From contig JAKMXF010000344.1 of the NCBI GenBank assembly GCA_024704765.1, positions 142,537 to 206,536 on the forward strand: 64,000 nt of DNA. The letters run 5' to 3'. Source of the stretch: Oopsacas minuta (Eukaryota > Animalia > Porifera). Below, one piece after another: positions 40,886-54,448 of this stretch. The notes beneath the pieces are model-generated. The model ran no database searches. It worked only from the letters and a program-made list of their open reading frames with translations, and was not told where the DNA came from. Both the position numbers and the translations under genes were made by a program. Within the stretch, counting starts at the first letter, position 1. Each line of letters opens with the position of its first letter.

Positions 40886-43494
40886 GGGGCGCATGTATTA
40901 GGTCGAATTATGGTGTTGGCATTAGATTGAATTTCATTGTTTACATCAGGGTGCCCAACTCGATTTAATTGCGGGCCACATTGGCTTCCTCAATATTTTG
41001 GTGGGCTACATGGACCAATTTATAAATCTCAGATGTATTTAGAGAAAATATGTTGCAATATCCAAATTTCCACCCTAGATATCAACTTTCCTTTTCTTAG
41101 AACAAGGTTCCATTAATATAAATGATATATATATTCTATAGGTAATTTAGGAGATGAGTAAACGCAGTATCTGAATTTCGATTATAAACTTAGAATTATA
41201 CTAGTGTATATTTATACACCGCTAAGGATTATTATTACTAAACACATGTACCTGTCGTGTATTGAAAATGAAAAAGAATCCTCAAAATGTCAAATACAAT
41301 GAAATTTGACACCCAGTATGAATGCTAACGAAATGTGGCTTAGGAATTGTTCATGAATAAAAACTATATATTACAAAGTGCAAATTCTTAGTCATACTTG
41401 CGCGGGCAGGATAAAATTATTACGCGGGCGGTATTTTGGGCACCTCTGGATTATGTTAAGTCGAATTCCAACTGTCTTATTCATTAATTGATTAATTTCT
41501 AAACAAAATGCGAAATTTGAAATTTGTGTGAAATATGAAATGTGGAAAATACTACTTGCTTAGGTATGCATTGTAAAATGTGTAAAAGATGTTAATTAAG
41601 AAATATTTGAAAATTTCCTTCAATTATGCCTCTGCACGTTGGACAAATCTGTTGAAGTTGCTCAATTGTGTCGCTACACTGTGTGCAACAAATTGCTGCC
41701 TGCAAAGCATGAATACCCATGTGGTGCTTATTATTTTTAGCCAAACTACACATTTATTTATTTCATACTATCAAAAGATTCAGGCTCCTCCACATATCAG
41801 AATTATCTGAAATAACTGTGTCTTCTAATGAAGCAGCATTGCCTATATAGCAACTAATTCTTTTGAGAATTTGTATGGGAGAGTAACTCCAACTTAACAA
41901 TTCTTCTTTGTAGCCTTGCGATGTTCATTAATCATTCCGTTCTTCTTTTCGCTTGGTCTCGTTATCTCTCTTCCTTCCTGTATCCGGGCCATTTCACTAT
42001 CATAGTCAGCAATTATATTGTTAATGATATTCAAAAAATTCCAAATTCTTGGATGGCTTGATTATATAATGGACTTAAATTTTCTATGATAACTTTCTGC
42101 TGCATTGTTTCCTCCATTTTTAAGGTTAACAATTGACAGTTCTTCAGGACCAATTTTAGTTAGCCACTGCTTCTTAAAATAATTCAAAAATACTTCAGGT
42201 TTCTTCATTTGACTCTGTTGTAATGTTGGAATTTGAAGAAGGGTGTATGTTGGAAGAATCAATTCAGCTGGAAGAAACGGAATTACCATAACCTTCTTGA
42301 CGAATGATGGACATTCGGAATTACCATAACCTTCTTGACGAATGATGGACATTCGGAATTTCCTCGGCAAGTCGAAGCCAAACCATACTTTTGAGTTTTT
42401 CTCCAAATAGTTTGCGTATAATGGAACTTGCACCCGTTCACCCTAATTCCTGGATTTACTCGCTGGACAGCATCCCGAGCTGCTTATTCTCAATCTGACA
42501 TTGCGCAATCCAGTTCTAGCTGAGGAACAAGTTCTCGTATCTTCTGTATAACTGCTAGATATAGCTCCTCATCTTTATCAGTCAGCAAGCAGTGAATGGT
42601 TGGAATTGCATGTCTCTCCAATGTAAGAAAAAGAGTTCACAATTGGTAAAATTGTTTAGATACAGTGTAGAATATCCAATCAATTTGGATATTGGTAATA
42701 TCTGCGAGTAGATCGTATAATCGGTCAGAAAAGAAAATGACAGCTATCCGAGCATCTACAATGGCAGTAGCCTTATGATTTCTTGCAAAGGTTGTTGTGG
42801 GTAGAACTTCACTAAATTTACTAGCAGAATGTGAAATCATAGGTTGTAATATTTTGCTTGGCCGAAACATTGACGATTCACATTATTTACATGTGACTTG
42901 AGAAGCAGAGGGATTTGATCTCGTACATCTTTGATTATGTGTCTCAGATTGTGTTGCGAGGCTTGAGCTGTTGTTTTGCACTTTGTATTAATTGCATATT
43001 CTTCAACACGATAGTCTTGTAATCCATGATTATGTTCTGACTTAGGATAAACCAAATTCGTAGCCTTTTTCCAATTTCGCACCTCCTTTACAGTCATTCC
43101 TGAATAGTACACATCTGAAGTAGAGAATATATTCTATAGATTTATGACAGAAGTATTGTAGTCATCAGAGGAGATGAAAACTTGTCCAGTATCACGTTTG
43201 TATTGGTGCAATGAATATTCCATGATGCAGGCACACAATAATGTACATATTATAATCATCATCCAATTTATAATAAATGAACAATAGGAACTGTTATTAT
43301 GGATTGAACTACAAAATTGCTATTAGTAGTAACAAAGTAAGACATTTGAACGACCTATTATATGCAACTAGAATTCGACCTAATGCATACATATCAAATT
43401 CGACCTAATGCATACATATTATATTAGAACTAATGCCAACACACGAAATTCGACCTAATGCCAACACCGTAATTGGACCTAATGTAGCGCCTCC
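40886..43494 (-). mobile_element. MULE (Mutator-like) element, disrupted
   Basis: Imperfect TIRs GG(A)GGCGC...ATTAGGTC.AATTA.GGTGTTGGCATTAG; TSD GATTGAAC at 40878 and 43495 (8-9 bp). FLYWCH-like EHNH, MULE core (IDWIFYTV, MSD*E, GCKFHYTQ) and TNN.AES.H-like GGNNAAESYH. Confidence 0.85.
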
Positions 43495-45989
43495 GATTGA
43501 ACGTATAATACATATTGTACGCAATACTTCTTCATTGAAAGAAATATTTAACAACTTAGATGTAAATGAACAGGGAAGTGTGCCGAATTATTGGTGTAGA
43601 GATGTCCATTTTGCTAAAATGTTATTGCCAAAAAATTATGATATCGAAAGAAACTGCACAGATTATACATTTCCTTCTTATTTTATTTGATACCGCATTC
43701 CTATTTGTCCAAATTTGTGAATTAACTTAAAGTTTAGTTATATATGTTCTCAGTTAAAACCGCACCAAAATTTTTCTTGTCCCGTCCACCTACCTTATTC
43801 AGGTTAGGATAGCAGTAAATCGTATGTACAAAGTTTGATGGATAAATTTTGGGTAAAATTTGAGGACTTCTTCTTTAGATGCATCAAAAATTGATGAACT
43901 CCTTCTGCTCGCTCTACAACACCTGTCATCATGGCCCCAGGATCTACCAATCCACAGCACGTTTCTATGCCCCATACGTATAAGTCATCATTGAAAGACG
44001 TATTAAACAACTTAGGGATAAATGATTGTGAAAACACAAAAATTCATTATTGTGTATTGTAAGCACAGTATCTAATGCACTAAAATATTACGAAAGCAAT
44101 ATTATCCGAAATTCAGGTAAAGTCAAAAGAAAAAATATGAAGAAGCAAAACCCAAACCGGGAGAGTTGGCAGTCCTGATAAAGCACATGCATTCAGAATA
44201 ATAACACCCCAAATAGTGGATTCGGGCTCCAACAATTAACTTGCAATAATTACAAATGTACATGTACAGTGTTTACATGAAATTGGTTTAGCGTATCATA
44301 TAACGCGCACTCTCTGATAAAGGACGCTCGAATAATAACAGTAAGGGAGACACAGCTACTCATTCTAAATGTAGCTGTTATCTAATTGGTTTTTTATAAT
44401 AACAATGCACAAACGTATATCATCTATAGTCACTAAAGATTAGCACCGTTCTAGCTAGTTTAGGAAAACTAATTAGCACACTATCAATATTCGATTGAGA
44501 AAATTGTTTTGATTCATTTTATAACACGATAAATTGTGGAGGAGGGTATTCTTAATTCGCTACTGGGATTGGCACTATTTCGGATTATTTTGGACGATTT
44601 TGGTCATCATGTATAATCATCAATTAATGAGCAATTCCAAATGTCATCAAGAATTGATTGCCTAAATATTTAGCTCATCAAAAGTATTTTAGGCTAAATC
44701 TTTGATGACATTCAATCTTTCCTCAATGTAAAATGATCATTTACATTCTGCGGACCTGATGGAAGCCGGCGTACCCCAGTTTTAATAACACTGACTTCAA
44801 TTACCCTCCTTTTTGGGATCAGCTGATCTAAGGTTTGTCATAAAAGTGGCCATATAAAATACTTGTCCCATTAGGCCATTACAAAAATTTTCCCAGATAG
44901 AGCTTCAGTTCATGCTACTATGGTCAGACCGTCATGGGTAATCGAGAATGTAGATCTCAAATTTTCAAATTTACATCTAGAGTAGAATGAATAAGCACAG
45001 TTCGGAGTACGTTTACTTGTCATTTAAGAAAAATACGATTGGAAAGGACTTGTTAAAGTTGAAAGACCTATAATCCTTTATGTATTTCTTTGTTGTTCAT
45101 ACAAGGCTGAACTTGATATGTTATTTATTAATAATATTACACTTTAATATTTGATTTCTTCGGCTATTCCATAATCCATACAATGATGACATATAATGTC
45201 AATAGGTTTCTAATTACGTAATGCGACAGTAACCACAAATCTATAGGGATTATATAATCACTGAAATTCAATGTAAAGTCCTACCTCCTACGACCCACTG
45301 GTTGAAAACCCCTGGGATTAATCTATATAAAGAAACAAACCCACAGAGTCACTATATGTGAATTCTGATTCAACAATAATACATTTCATACATCTAGCTA
45401 GGAATAATGAAGGGATGTAAGCAAAATTATAACAGTGGGAAAAAGTGCGGAAACGGCATAACTCACATTAATACTTTGGAAAAAATAACACTGGGCAACA
45501 GCATTTTTGCACAAACTATCCCATTGATTTTGTCTAACTAGCTTTTGGCCTCTGAGGTCATAAACGGCATCCATTTGTGCCCATCGCATCCAGATTTTTG
45601 ATATTAATGTTTCGTAACTTTTGTCCAAAGTTTTATCTGGGCCTAGTGTTCCCAAGTTGTAACTATATAATTTGTTGTTTAACGGTGTTTCTAGAATACA
45701 TTATATTCCTTGCTATTGTGTTTTCAATGACTAGATAATTGGGCGTTCCAAAACTCTGTTTATTCGGAGTCAAGGCACATTTTATCGTATAAATTCCATT
45801 CATAGTATAAGGAATCCGAACTGTAGCTGAGATATTGATGTCATAGTGTTATTCTTATGCATGTTATACAATAGGCTTATAGTCACTATATATAGAGAGT
45901 GTATAGTAAGATATTAACATTAATATATATTTTAGCGAATTGTTTTATGGCATCTTCAAGGAGGTAATGTTCTAATGATCCGAATAGTT

Positions 45990-46930
45990 TCTGCTATATT
46001 TGTGGAGAGTTAACATTCCCAACACAGGAACGGGCGATAGATGATATAGTATGCAATTTATACTATACGCATTTTGGGATGCAATTGGGCGACTAAGACA
46101 AAGAATGGTCACCACATGTAGTATGTCAGAAATGCTTCATGAATATATATAACTGGTCATGTAACAAACTAAAGTCAATGCCATTTGGAATTCCAATGAT
46201 ATGCTTCCTTCTCGGGCAACAAAGTGGGTACACAAAATATCCTTGTTTTTTGTGTATATGGGACAGTAGAGCGAAGAATGAACATTGGATCAGAAAGGAG
46301 TGGCCTAAAAGAGAAAATTTAATTGTTGGTTGTGCTAATGTGATCAACGAACCACTGGCGGAGCGGGAAAAGATTGTTTTTCCACCTTTACATATTAAAC
46401 TCGGGTTAATTAACCAATTCGTAAGAGCTCTTAATAAGGATGGTGATTGTTTTAAATACCTTCGCTCACGATTCCACCAGCTGAGCCATGAAAAAGTCAA
46501 ATCTGGTATCTTCAATGTGGCAGACATCCGAAAATTGATGAAAGAGCCCAAATTCACTGCTCATATGTTGGATACTGAGTATGATGCATGGAAAGCCTTT
46601 GTATCGGTTGTGAAAGGCTTAGGAAATAGAAGAGACTATAATTATGTTAATTTAATCAATCGTTTGCTCGAAAGCTTTCATAAGTTGGGATGTAATATGA
46701 GCATCAAAGTTCATTTTTACATAGCCCCTTGGATGAATTCCCAAGAAACCTTGGAGACATATCGGATGAGCAGGGGAACGGTTTCATCAGGACATTCAAA
46801 CGATGGAAAAGCGTTACCAAGGAAGGTATGACACTAAAATGATGGCGGACTACTGTTGGAGCCTGAAGCGAGATTGTGTGGACATACATTACATGAGAAA
46901 ATCTCACAAAAGGAAGTTCTTGGAGTCCTA
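45990..46930 (+). mobile_element. Chapaev3-like transposase, copy 3, internally deleted
   Basis: ORF 46139-46831 contains MPFGIPMI joined directly to FLLGQQSGYTKYPCFLC, then LHIKLGLINQF and MSIKVHF. A shifted frame gives DEQGERFHQD. Confidence 0.75.
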
Positions 46931-47889
46931 ATCTAGGTTCTTGAGAAAATTTCTAGAATAACATATGGTATATGTCCTTCCATATGAGAAGTATGTAGTG
47001 AACAAGAAATATATTATTTAAGTATATTTACACATGAAAATTTGAGGTTGGGAGTAGGACTAAGGTGCTAAGGTAAGAAGCTGCAATTTTTTTTGACTGT
47101 CAGCCTCTGATACTTTCATTCGAATTGAATCCATCAGTAGATTAAATTTTTTGCCTTTTGTTCGATTGAGAACCATACTTTTAGGATTATTTAAGCTTTC
47201 CTCGGATTCTTCTATGTTATGTCGCTATTGATAAAGAAAAGCTATATTATAAACATTATATTAATTTGATTTAAAAACTCGAATTATAATTACCTTCTGT
47301 TCTTCTATTAATTTTACAAATTTCTCTTTAATCTGGACTTGTCCAAATTTTGTTTCTGTGCCATTCGTTTTATTGGGGTTATTTTAAGATATTCTGGGAG
47401 CTCCGTAATGATATCTTTAATCTTTACCTAGCTTAATACTTTTATATTATTACATCCAACTGTTTCTTTTCCCTAAATGCTATATCACAGTGTTGTTGCA
47501 GCTAAGTCAAAACAAAAATTTTCTGAATACACATTTGACAAGGTTTCTGAATTGGAATTATTTGTTGCAAGGATATCTTATGGCCTTATACACTTTTTTT
47601 CGTGTAGTATTACAGTGGGATAAGATCAACAGCCCGTACATCCTTTACTTACTGGAACGAGTGGACCATCGAAGGACAGTCCTCCTTAAATTCACTGGCG
47701 CAAGGTTCTAACCACTCAAAATTATATCTTACGATGAATATATTTAAATCTTTTAAAAATATTTTAAATTTATACTGTAAATTTCATGTATAAATGCATA
47801 AAATTAATTCTGTTGGAGTGTAAGTAATTTAATAAACACTGTAATGTATTTGTATTGAAGTAGACTGCAATGTTATAGGTCGATACATT

Positions 47890-48261
47890 CTAGTAAATAT
47901 ATATACACATGAGCCTTTGGCTCGTTGCTTCGCGATGAACTCTTCGAATTGCGCCTCGAGGTATCTATTATTCTCCAAATTGATGGTCTCTTCGAGTATT
48001 ATAATATAGATGTATTTAGAACAATGTAATTCAACAAATATACGTATATGGCATATATATTATCGATATATTTTGTAAGATCAACCCCCTTTGTAGTGGT
48101 GAGAGCAAATATCAACATAAATTTTGAGATTTTGCTAATTTCTTACTGTCTTACCCCTGTGAAGCCGTTGAGAGCAACCTATTAATAAAAACAAAAATAT
48201 ATATATACATATCAACGGACAAACAAACAAACAAACAATAATTGAGATTTAATAATATAGA
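47890..48261 (-). mobile_element. Short non-autonomous Helitron-like repeat
   Basis: Minus strand starts A|TCTATATTATT, followed by a (TTTG)n microsatellite, and ends with a GC-rich hairpin-like stretch and CTAG. Confidence 0.45.
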
Positions 48262-50034
48262 TAGTGTTTATAATACCATATTTGGTCTCAGCTCTCAGCA
48301 TACTCGATTACTCCAGCATGTCGTTGAAATTATGATTCTACCTCAATTTTGAATTTGTTTACAAATGAGATAGTAGCTGGGGAGAAATAAGAACAGAGGG
48401 TTACACACAACAAATGTTCTGTAAGATAACTATAAAGATACCAGATCCACTGTTAAAACTTTGAAACGAAATCTCGGGCAACAATTAGAAATATTGCAAG
48501 AAAGAGTGAAAGATTATTAAACATATGATAAATTCATGAAGGCATAGATTTATAGATTTGTCATCATTGAAATCTACATACCTCAATTACCCATTGTAGT
48601 GTGCGAAGTGTACGGCTCCATTAGTTTTGCATTACAAACAGTGATAAAGCGTGACAGAAGTCAAATCTTAAGAAATTTTGCGTCACGTAACGTTCGATCA
48701 ACATTTAACAAATTTGACATACACTTTTCATTGTGAACAAGTAAGCTATGATTCTCTGCCGCTATTCGGTTGCGGACACTTTGTGTCTGCAATATGCGCC
48801 CTTTGTACCGCCAGGTTAGTCATAATTAACTAAAATTTGTGTTATATATTACTAAGTATCCTGTGTATGTTTTGACAGTCACTTTCTAATTCAAATATTC
48901 ACGATATGCTATTCACATCATATTCAGGCCTAGAACATTCAATTACCCATTATAGCCTTTAAAAGTATCATTCTAAGACCATCAAGAATTTTTTTTAGTT
49001 CCCCATGTATGTACATTAAAAACAAACAAATACGAACTATGCCAGAAAGCATGGATATATTCATTAGATATTTAAACTTGTATATAGAAACGTCATTACC
49101 CACCCAATACCAAAATTCAAGTCTGTATCCCTTACCAGTTCCTCAATCAACTCGGACAAACAACAAACAATGTCCAGCCAACAGACTGGTAGTGCGCTCA
49201 GGGTTATGAATTTTATTCATTCACAGGGAGCACGTCCCTTGACCCTTTTGTGAATACCGCAATGCTTCGGACCCGATGATTTTGGGCTCCTTGATCGGAT
49301 AAATATTTCAGGATATTCAATATTTTTCGTCCCTCATATACTTCATGTTCTATCATAAAATCCTACGAATATTCGGAATAACTATCCTGGAATTACCACA
49401 GTTCTAACCTTTGAAACGAAATCTCAATTTGAAATATTATATACAAAACAAACGCTGACATCATGTTTTCATGTTACACAGGTAAGAAGAAATTGATGGG
49501 CCTAGGAGATCGATGTAGTAAAATCGCATTTAATGATCATTTAGAGTCAATATTTGCATAGCTACACTTAACTAGTCGAACTACGTCGAACAATGGGGCA
49601 CTAGGTGGAAATATGTCAGCCCGACAGACTGGTACAGTTCAGGGTTATTTGTTTATGTTCTTTGCAGGGGGAAAAGCCCCCTCTAATCTTCACCGTGAAG
49701 ATACCGCAATTCACCGGACCATGATTTTGGCTAGCTCCTATAGATAAAATTCCAAAAATTATCCCGCAATTAATCCCAGTCGAACAATTGAATAGAAGGA
49801 CTTGCATTTATCTGAAATATGTGCAAAGAAACTGGTAAAATGTGAGTGAAAATTTGTAAAATCATTGAGCGAGAGATTTAAAAAGAAAAATTGGCATCAA
49901 CTTACTCGATTACCCAAGACTAGCTGCTGAAAAAATTCTCTAAGCATTATTAGATATGCATAAAGGAATGAAATATGAATAGTAAAATGATAAATCATGT
50001 AGATATAGTTTTGAAAGTGTGCAATTTGAATCAA

Positions 50035-51346
50035 CAAGGGTTGTTCAATAAGTAATGAGACTAATGTATCGAATTCATATTCTAATTAATACAGCTCTAA
50101 GCCTAATATCAGACTACAAGCCTAACCTGATTGTCTAACTTCTATGCAATATACTCTTTACTCTACTAGCATATTCTTCAGTATATAGTTTCATTTGTAT
50201 AGGCTACGTTTTTCAACTAATGGATTTTAGCAAAGAAGGAAAACGACAAATAATTTAGAACCTGTGGATAAGGAGGAAGACTCGCTCATACATTCTTCGT
50301 GAAATGCAGGATATTTTCGGTGATGAATGTCCTTCGAAAGTCACCATATATAGATGGATCGAGCGTTTTGATAATGGCGATGAGGACCTCCACGATGACC
50401 CTCGTCCAGGTCGTCCGATTTCCTCAAAGACCTGCAGTAATATCGAGAGTGTCCAAACAATTTTGGACGAGGACAGACGAATAACCCTACGAGAGTTAGA
50501 AGAGAGGGTAGGTATATCAAAAGCTACACTACACTCGATTATCACTGAAGATCTGGAAATGTCGAAGGTAACTGCGCGTTGGGTCCCAAAACCTCTTTCA
50601 AAAGAACAAAACCACGAAAGGGTCAGAGTTAGCAAATAATTACTTTCAAGATACAAAGCAGAGGAAGACTTTTTGGATCGTATAGTAACGGGGGATGAAA
50701 CTTGGCTTCATTATTATGAACCAGGGAGCAAAACTCAATCGAAGCAGTGGAAGAGACGTGATGAACCTCTACCCATCAAGGTAAAGGCCGAACAATCAGC
50801 AGGGGAGAGAATGGCAACAGTATTTTTGGATATGGAAGGAATTATACACTTCGACTGGTTGCCTGAGAAGACAACCATAAACAGTGATTATTACGTTGGC
50901 GAATTGAAAGAATTGCGTTAAGCGATTAAACATGAGTGGCGAGCAAGTTACACGTGACGTATTGTTGCAACAAGACAACCCAGGCCCCATCTAAGTTCCA
51001 AGACAATGGCTGCAATTGACGACTTAGGATTCGAATGCCTTCCTCACCCTCCGTATAGTCCAGACCTGGCTCCCAGCGACTACTGGCTATTTGGGGAGAT
51101 GAAGAGACCCCCTCGAATGAAGAGATTTGATGATTTCAAGCGGCTAGATTACGAAATATAACAGTGGGAAAATGAACCCCTAAATAATTCTATACAACTG
51201 GGCTGGAAAAGTTACCAGAACGATGGAAACGATGAATAAAGTTAAAGGGGGGAATTTTATCGAAACATTTGATAATCAATTATGATAAGTATAGGTTTAC
51301 TAAATTAATATGAATACAAGTCTCATTATTTAATGAACAACCCTTG
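50035..51346 (+). mobile_element. Mariner (DD34D), full length, disrupted
   Basis: TIRs CAAGGGTTGTTCAATAAGTAATGAGACT / AGTCTCATTATTTAATGAACAACCCTTG, with TA on the right. Motifs ARWVPKPL, TGDETW and QDN...HPPYSPDLAPSD show 34-residue spacing. Confidence 0.93.
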
Positions 51347-53224
51347 TAGTACAAGTTCGAATTAGAAAAGTTAAAATATATATAAATACATTAGAGCTGA
51401 AATTTGGATCCATAAATTGTCTATTTTGAAATGTCTATAGGGTAAACTTTGAAAGGATTATAATAAAAATATAACAGTAATGATATTAATCCAAAACATT
51501 TCCTAAGGTTCATGAGTATGCTGATTTCGAATATTCACATTACAAAGAAATTTAAATTCATGTAAGTTTATCCTATTCCAACATATCGTGACACCACATT
51601 TGATGCCCTGTTGAAAGAATGTCGGAAATTTCGCTGCATAAAATTTGTCGCATGGAAATTCGTCCTTACTCCAAATTAATTAATAACATTAATGTGATGT
51701 GAAATACGCATGAGCAATAAATTTAATAATAATCTGAGTTAGAAGTGAAAATTATACGTTTCCCCTCAAATAGCTAAAAATTTCACGATTATTCATCACA
51801 TCAACAGGGTTTCTCTAAACCTCATTGGCTAATGCTACACTTTTTGAAAGTTTATATCATGAGTTAATGACCACACCCAGGTAACATATTTAGTTACGTT
51901 TGGTTAAATTGTCGAGCTTCAACCTGACCAAAAATCCACATAAAAATTCTCTTTGACCACAATGTGGTCAAGTTTGGTTATATGAACACAGATTAAAAAT
52001 CCCTGGTCTACAATATGGATTAATCTTTGTTCTTTTTCTATGGACCTTTTCGAACCTTTGAATTGTCAAAGGGGTAGCCTTGTATACGATAAATTTTGTA
52101 TTAACAAGTACATATTTATATACGTATATTCGCGGATGTTTTAATTGGACAACCGAATCTCAGGTGTATCAACTATACAGAACAACACTATTGATTTTGA
52201 GGAAACATTTTCAGGTGCCAATAACTCAGCCCATAATTTCCCTTCAAAGAAGTTATTGGTCTGGTCTTGTCCAATAATATATTTATAAGTGTAAAGTATA
52301 GGGTCACACAATTAGAAATACAATAGGCAAAAAAATTTACGGACATGCGCCATCTAAATCCGTGCTTTGAAGTGCCAGGAGTAAGGTATATTAGCCTCTA
52401 GATCTTGATACTGTACAGTTTGCTAGATGGAAGGGTCGTAGACAAATAAATTCAAAAGCGCAAAGCACGGCCGCCCGGACGGACGACTGACCTCGTAATA
52501 TTCCATGCCATAAGGGCATCTCCTTATGCGAGCTGCAGTAACTAGCCAAATCCAAAAATAATTATAGAGACTAGCTCTCAACGGGTATAATAGGGTACAT
52601 AACAAATTGCGAAATTTTTCAGTTGCAGAGCCCTAGTATGGTGTTCAGATATAAAGGGGATTCCATTCTTGGCGAAAAAGGTGTGTGGATTATTTTGTAT
52701 GAAATACATGGGTAACTTATTAACTGCAAAAGAATTTAGGCTAGCCCCAGACATAGCATTTCCCTGAAGGTGCGCCGGTGTTAGAAAAATGCTCCAAAAC
52801 CTGTGAAATATATATATCCCTAACCACTAGAAGAGTTGCTTGTTGAAATTTACTCCACGTTTGACTCTTTAACGGAATAGGATAATTCCCATAATCTTTT
52901 ATATTTCAAAATTGACGAAACAATGCTTACGAAAATAATACGCGCCCGATAGCTTATTTAGAGCAATACGTAATACATACAAATAAATTCGTTCCAATTG
53001 AATAGTTTACAGTTGCAAAATTTGTTATAACAATAAATACAGTTCGGGGGCGGATTATCAAAAGTCAAAAACGTCCACACTTATAACTAATAAGCGTACT
53101 CAGCTGCATAAGAAAAAATTGCATTCTAGATATGCAAGAGATAGAGAAATCATCAAAATAGACATACAAATAAGTTCATTAGAAAATAAAAACTCGATAA
53201 GAGTCATTATAAGTAAGAGAGTAC

Positions 53225-54448
53225 CTAATGCTTACTCTTTTTGGCCACTCTTTTACCACCAATGCTTCCTGAACGGCCCGTATCAGTAACACTTATAACA
53301 AAATTTACATGATCTTCCTCAAAAGTTCGTTTTTCTTCAATGTATTCAACTTGTTGAAGATCAAAATTTTGTTGCTGTAATTTTAAATCACTATCAAACT
53401 CATTCATATTTGTTTTCAAGTCATTGATGTAAATATTATGTCGATTTAACAAATTCGAATATCTAACGCGATATTCGGCTTCCAATTCGTCTTCTTGAAT
53501 ACGAAGATCAGCGCTGCATTCTGTATTATCCATCGATCCATATAATGGAGACAAATTACCGTCAAGTTTATGGGCTCGAAACCGTTCATAAAGCTTAGTA
53601 TGTATTAAGTCTTTCAAATTTTGCATATGGTACCTTATTAATACATCTTTAAGTAAACTAAAATCGCAATGCTCTATATTGTTGATATCTATTATTCCCC
53701 AAGGATATTCACGTCCATGGATCAACTTTCCATCGACTTCAATAACACGGTTACTACCTACAACACCAAACGGTAACCTTTCAATGAATTTATTATTCAA
53801 AGAAATATCTTTATCATCTATAAGGGTACATTTATATGAAAAGTCATAAATTTTGATAGAATTAGCACGAATATCTTGCAATAAGAGTCGTTTATATCTT
53901 ACAAGTTCATCGTATGAGAATGTATCAGCTTTAGCTATAATTGGAATCAAATTTACTTTATCATGCAAGACCTTCATGAAAGTTATATCAAGATCCTTAA
54001 GACCTCTTCCATTAGGTGAAATAAAGTAAAGACAACAGTGTACCCTCCTATCCTCAAATAACGTACGATGAACCTTGGATTCATTTTCAAAATAATCTTC
54101 ATACATATCATGTATATATGACAATATAGGTTCCCAACAATTAGAATTATCAATACAATCAGCAAAGCCTGGTGTATCAACTAGATTCAGTGTAAGATTG
54201 ATTTCATTTTCGACAATATGAACTCTAGTTGATTCAATGGTAGTGGTTTTAGGAATGTTCACCTCATTAATTTGAGGAAGTTCTGAATATATATCAGATA
54301 AAAATAGAGAGTTAATGAGAGTAGATTTACCAAGTCCAGAGGCCCCAACAACCATTAGAGTAAATTCGAAGCCATTGGATACAGACTTCTTGTAAACTTG
54401 ACTGGGAAGATTACCGAATCCAACATAACCAGAAAGAACTTTCTCCAT
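53225..54448 (-). CDS. SEPTIN7: Septin, SEPT7/Cdc10/peanut-like, 407 aa, single coding exon
   Basis: Intact ORF from ATG at 54448: GYVGFGNLPSQVYKKSV..GFEFTLMVVG, G1 GASGLGKST, G3 DTPG, G4 AKAD, DNSNCW, GREYPWG, followed by a C-terminal coiled coil and basic tail. The subgroup call rests on remembered similarity. Confidence 0.93.
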   Translation of the reverse strand: MEKVLSGYVGFGNLPSQVYKKSVSNGFEFTLMVVGASGLGKSTLINSLFLSDIYSELPQINEVNIPKTTTIESTRVHIVENEINLTLNLVDTPGFADCIDNSNCWEPILSYIHDMYEDYFENESKVHRTLFEDRRVHCCLYFISPNGRGLKDLDITFMKVLHDKVNLIPIIAKADTFSYDELVRYKRLLLQDIRANSIKIYDFSYKCTLIDDKDISLNNKFIERLPFGVVGSNRVIEVDGKLIHGREYPWGIIDINNIEHCDFSLLKDVLIRYHMQNLKDLIHTKLYERFRAHKLDGNLSPLYGSMDNTECSADLRIQEDELEAEYRVRYSNLLNRHNIYINDLKTNMNEFDSDLKLQQQNFDLQQVEYIEEKRTFEEDHVNFVISVTDTGRSGSIGGKRVAKKSKH

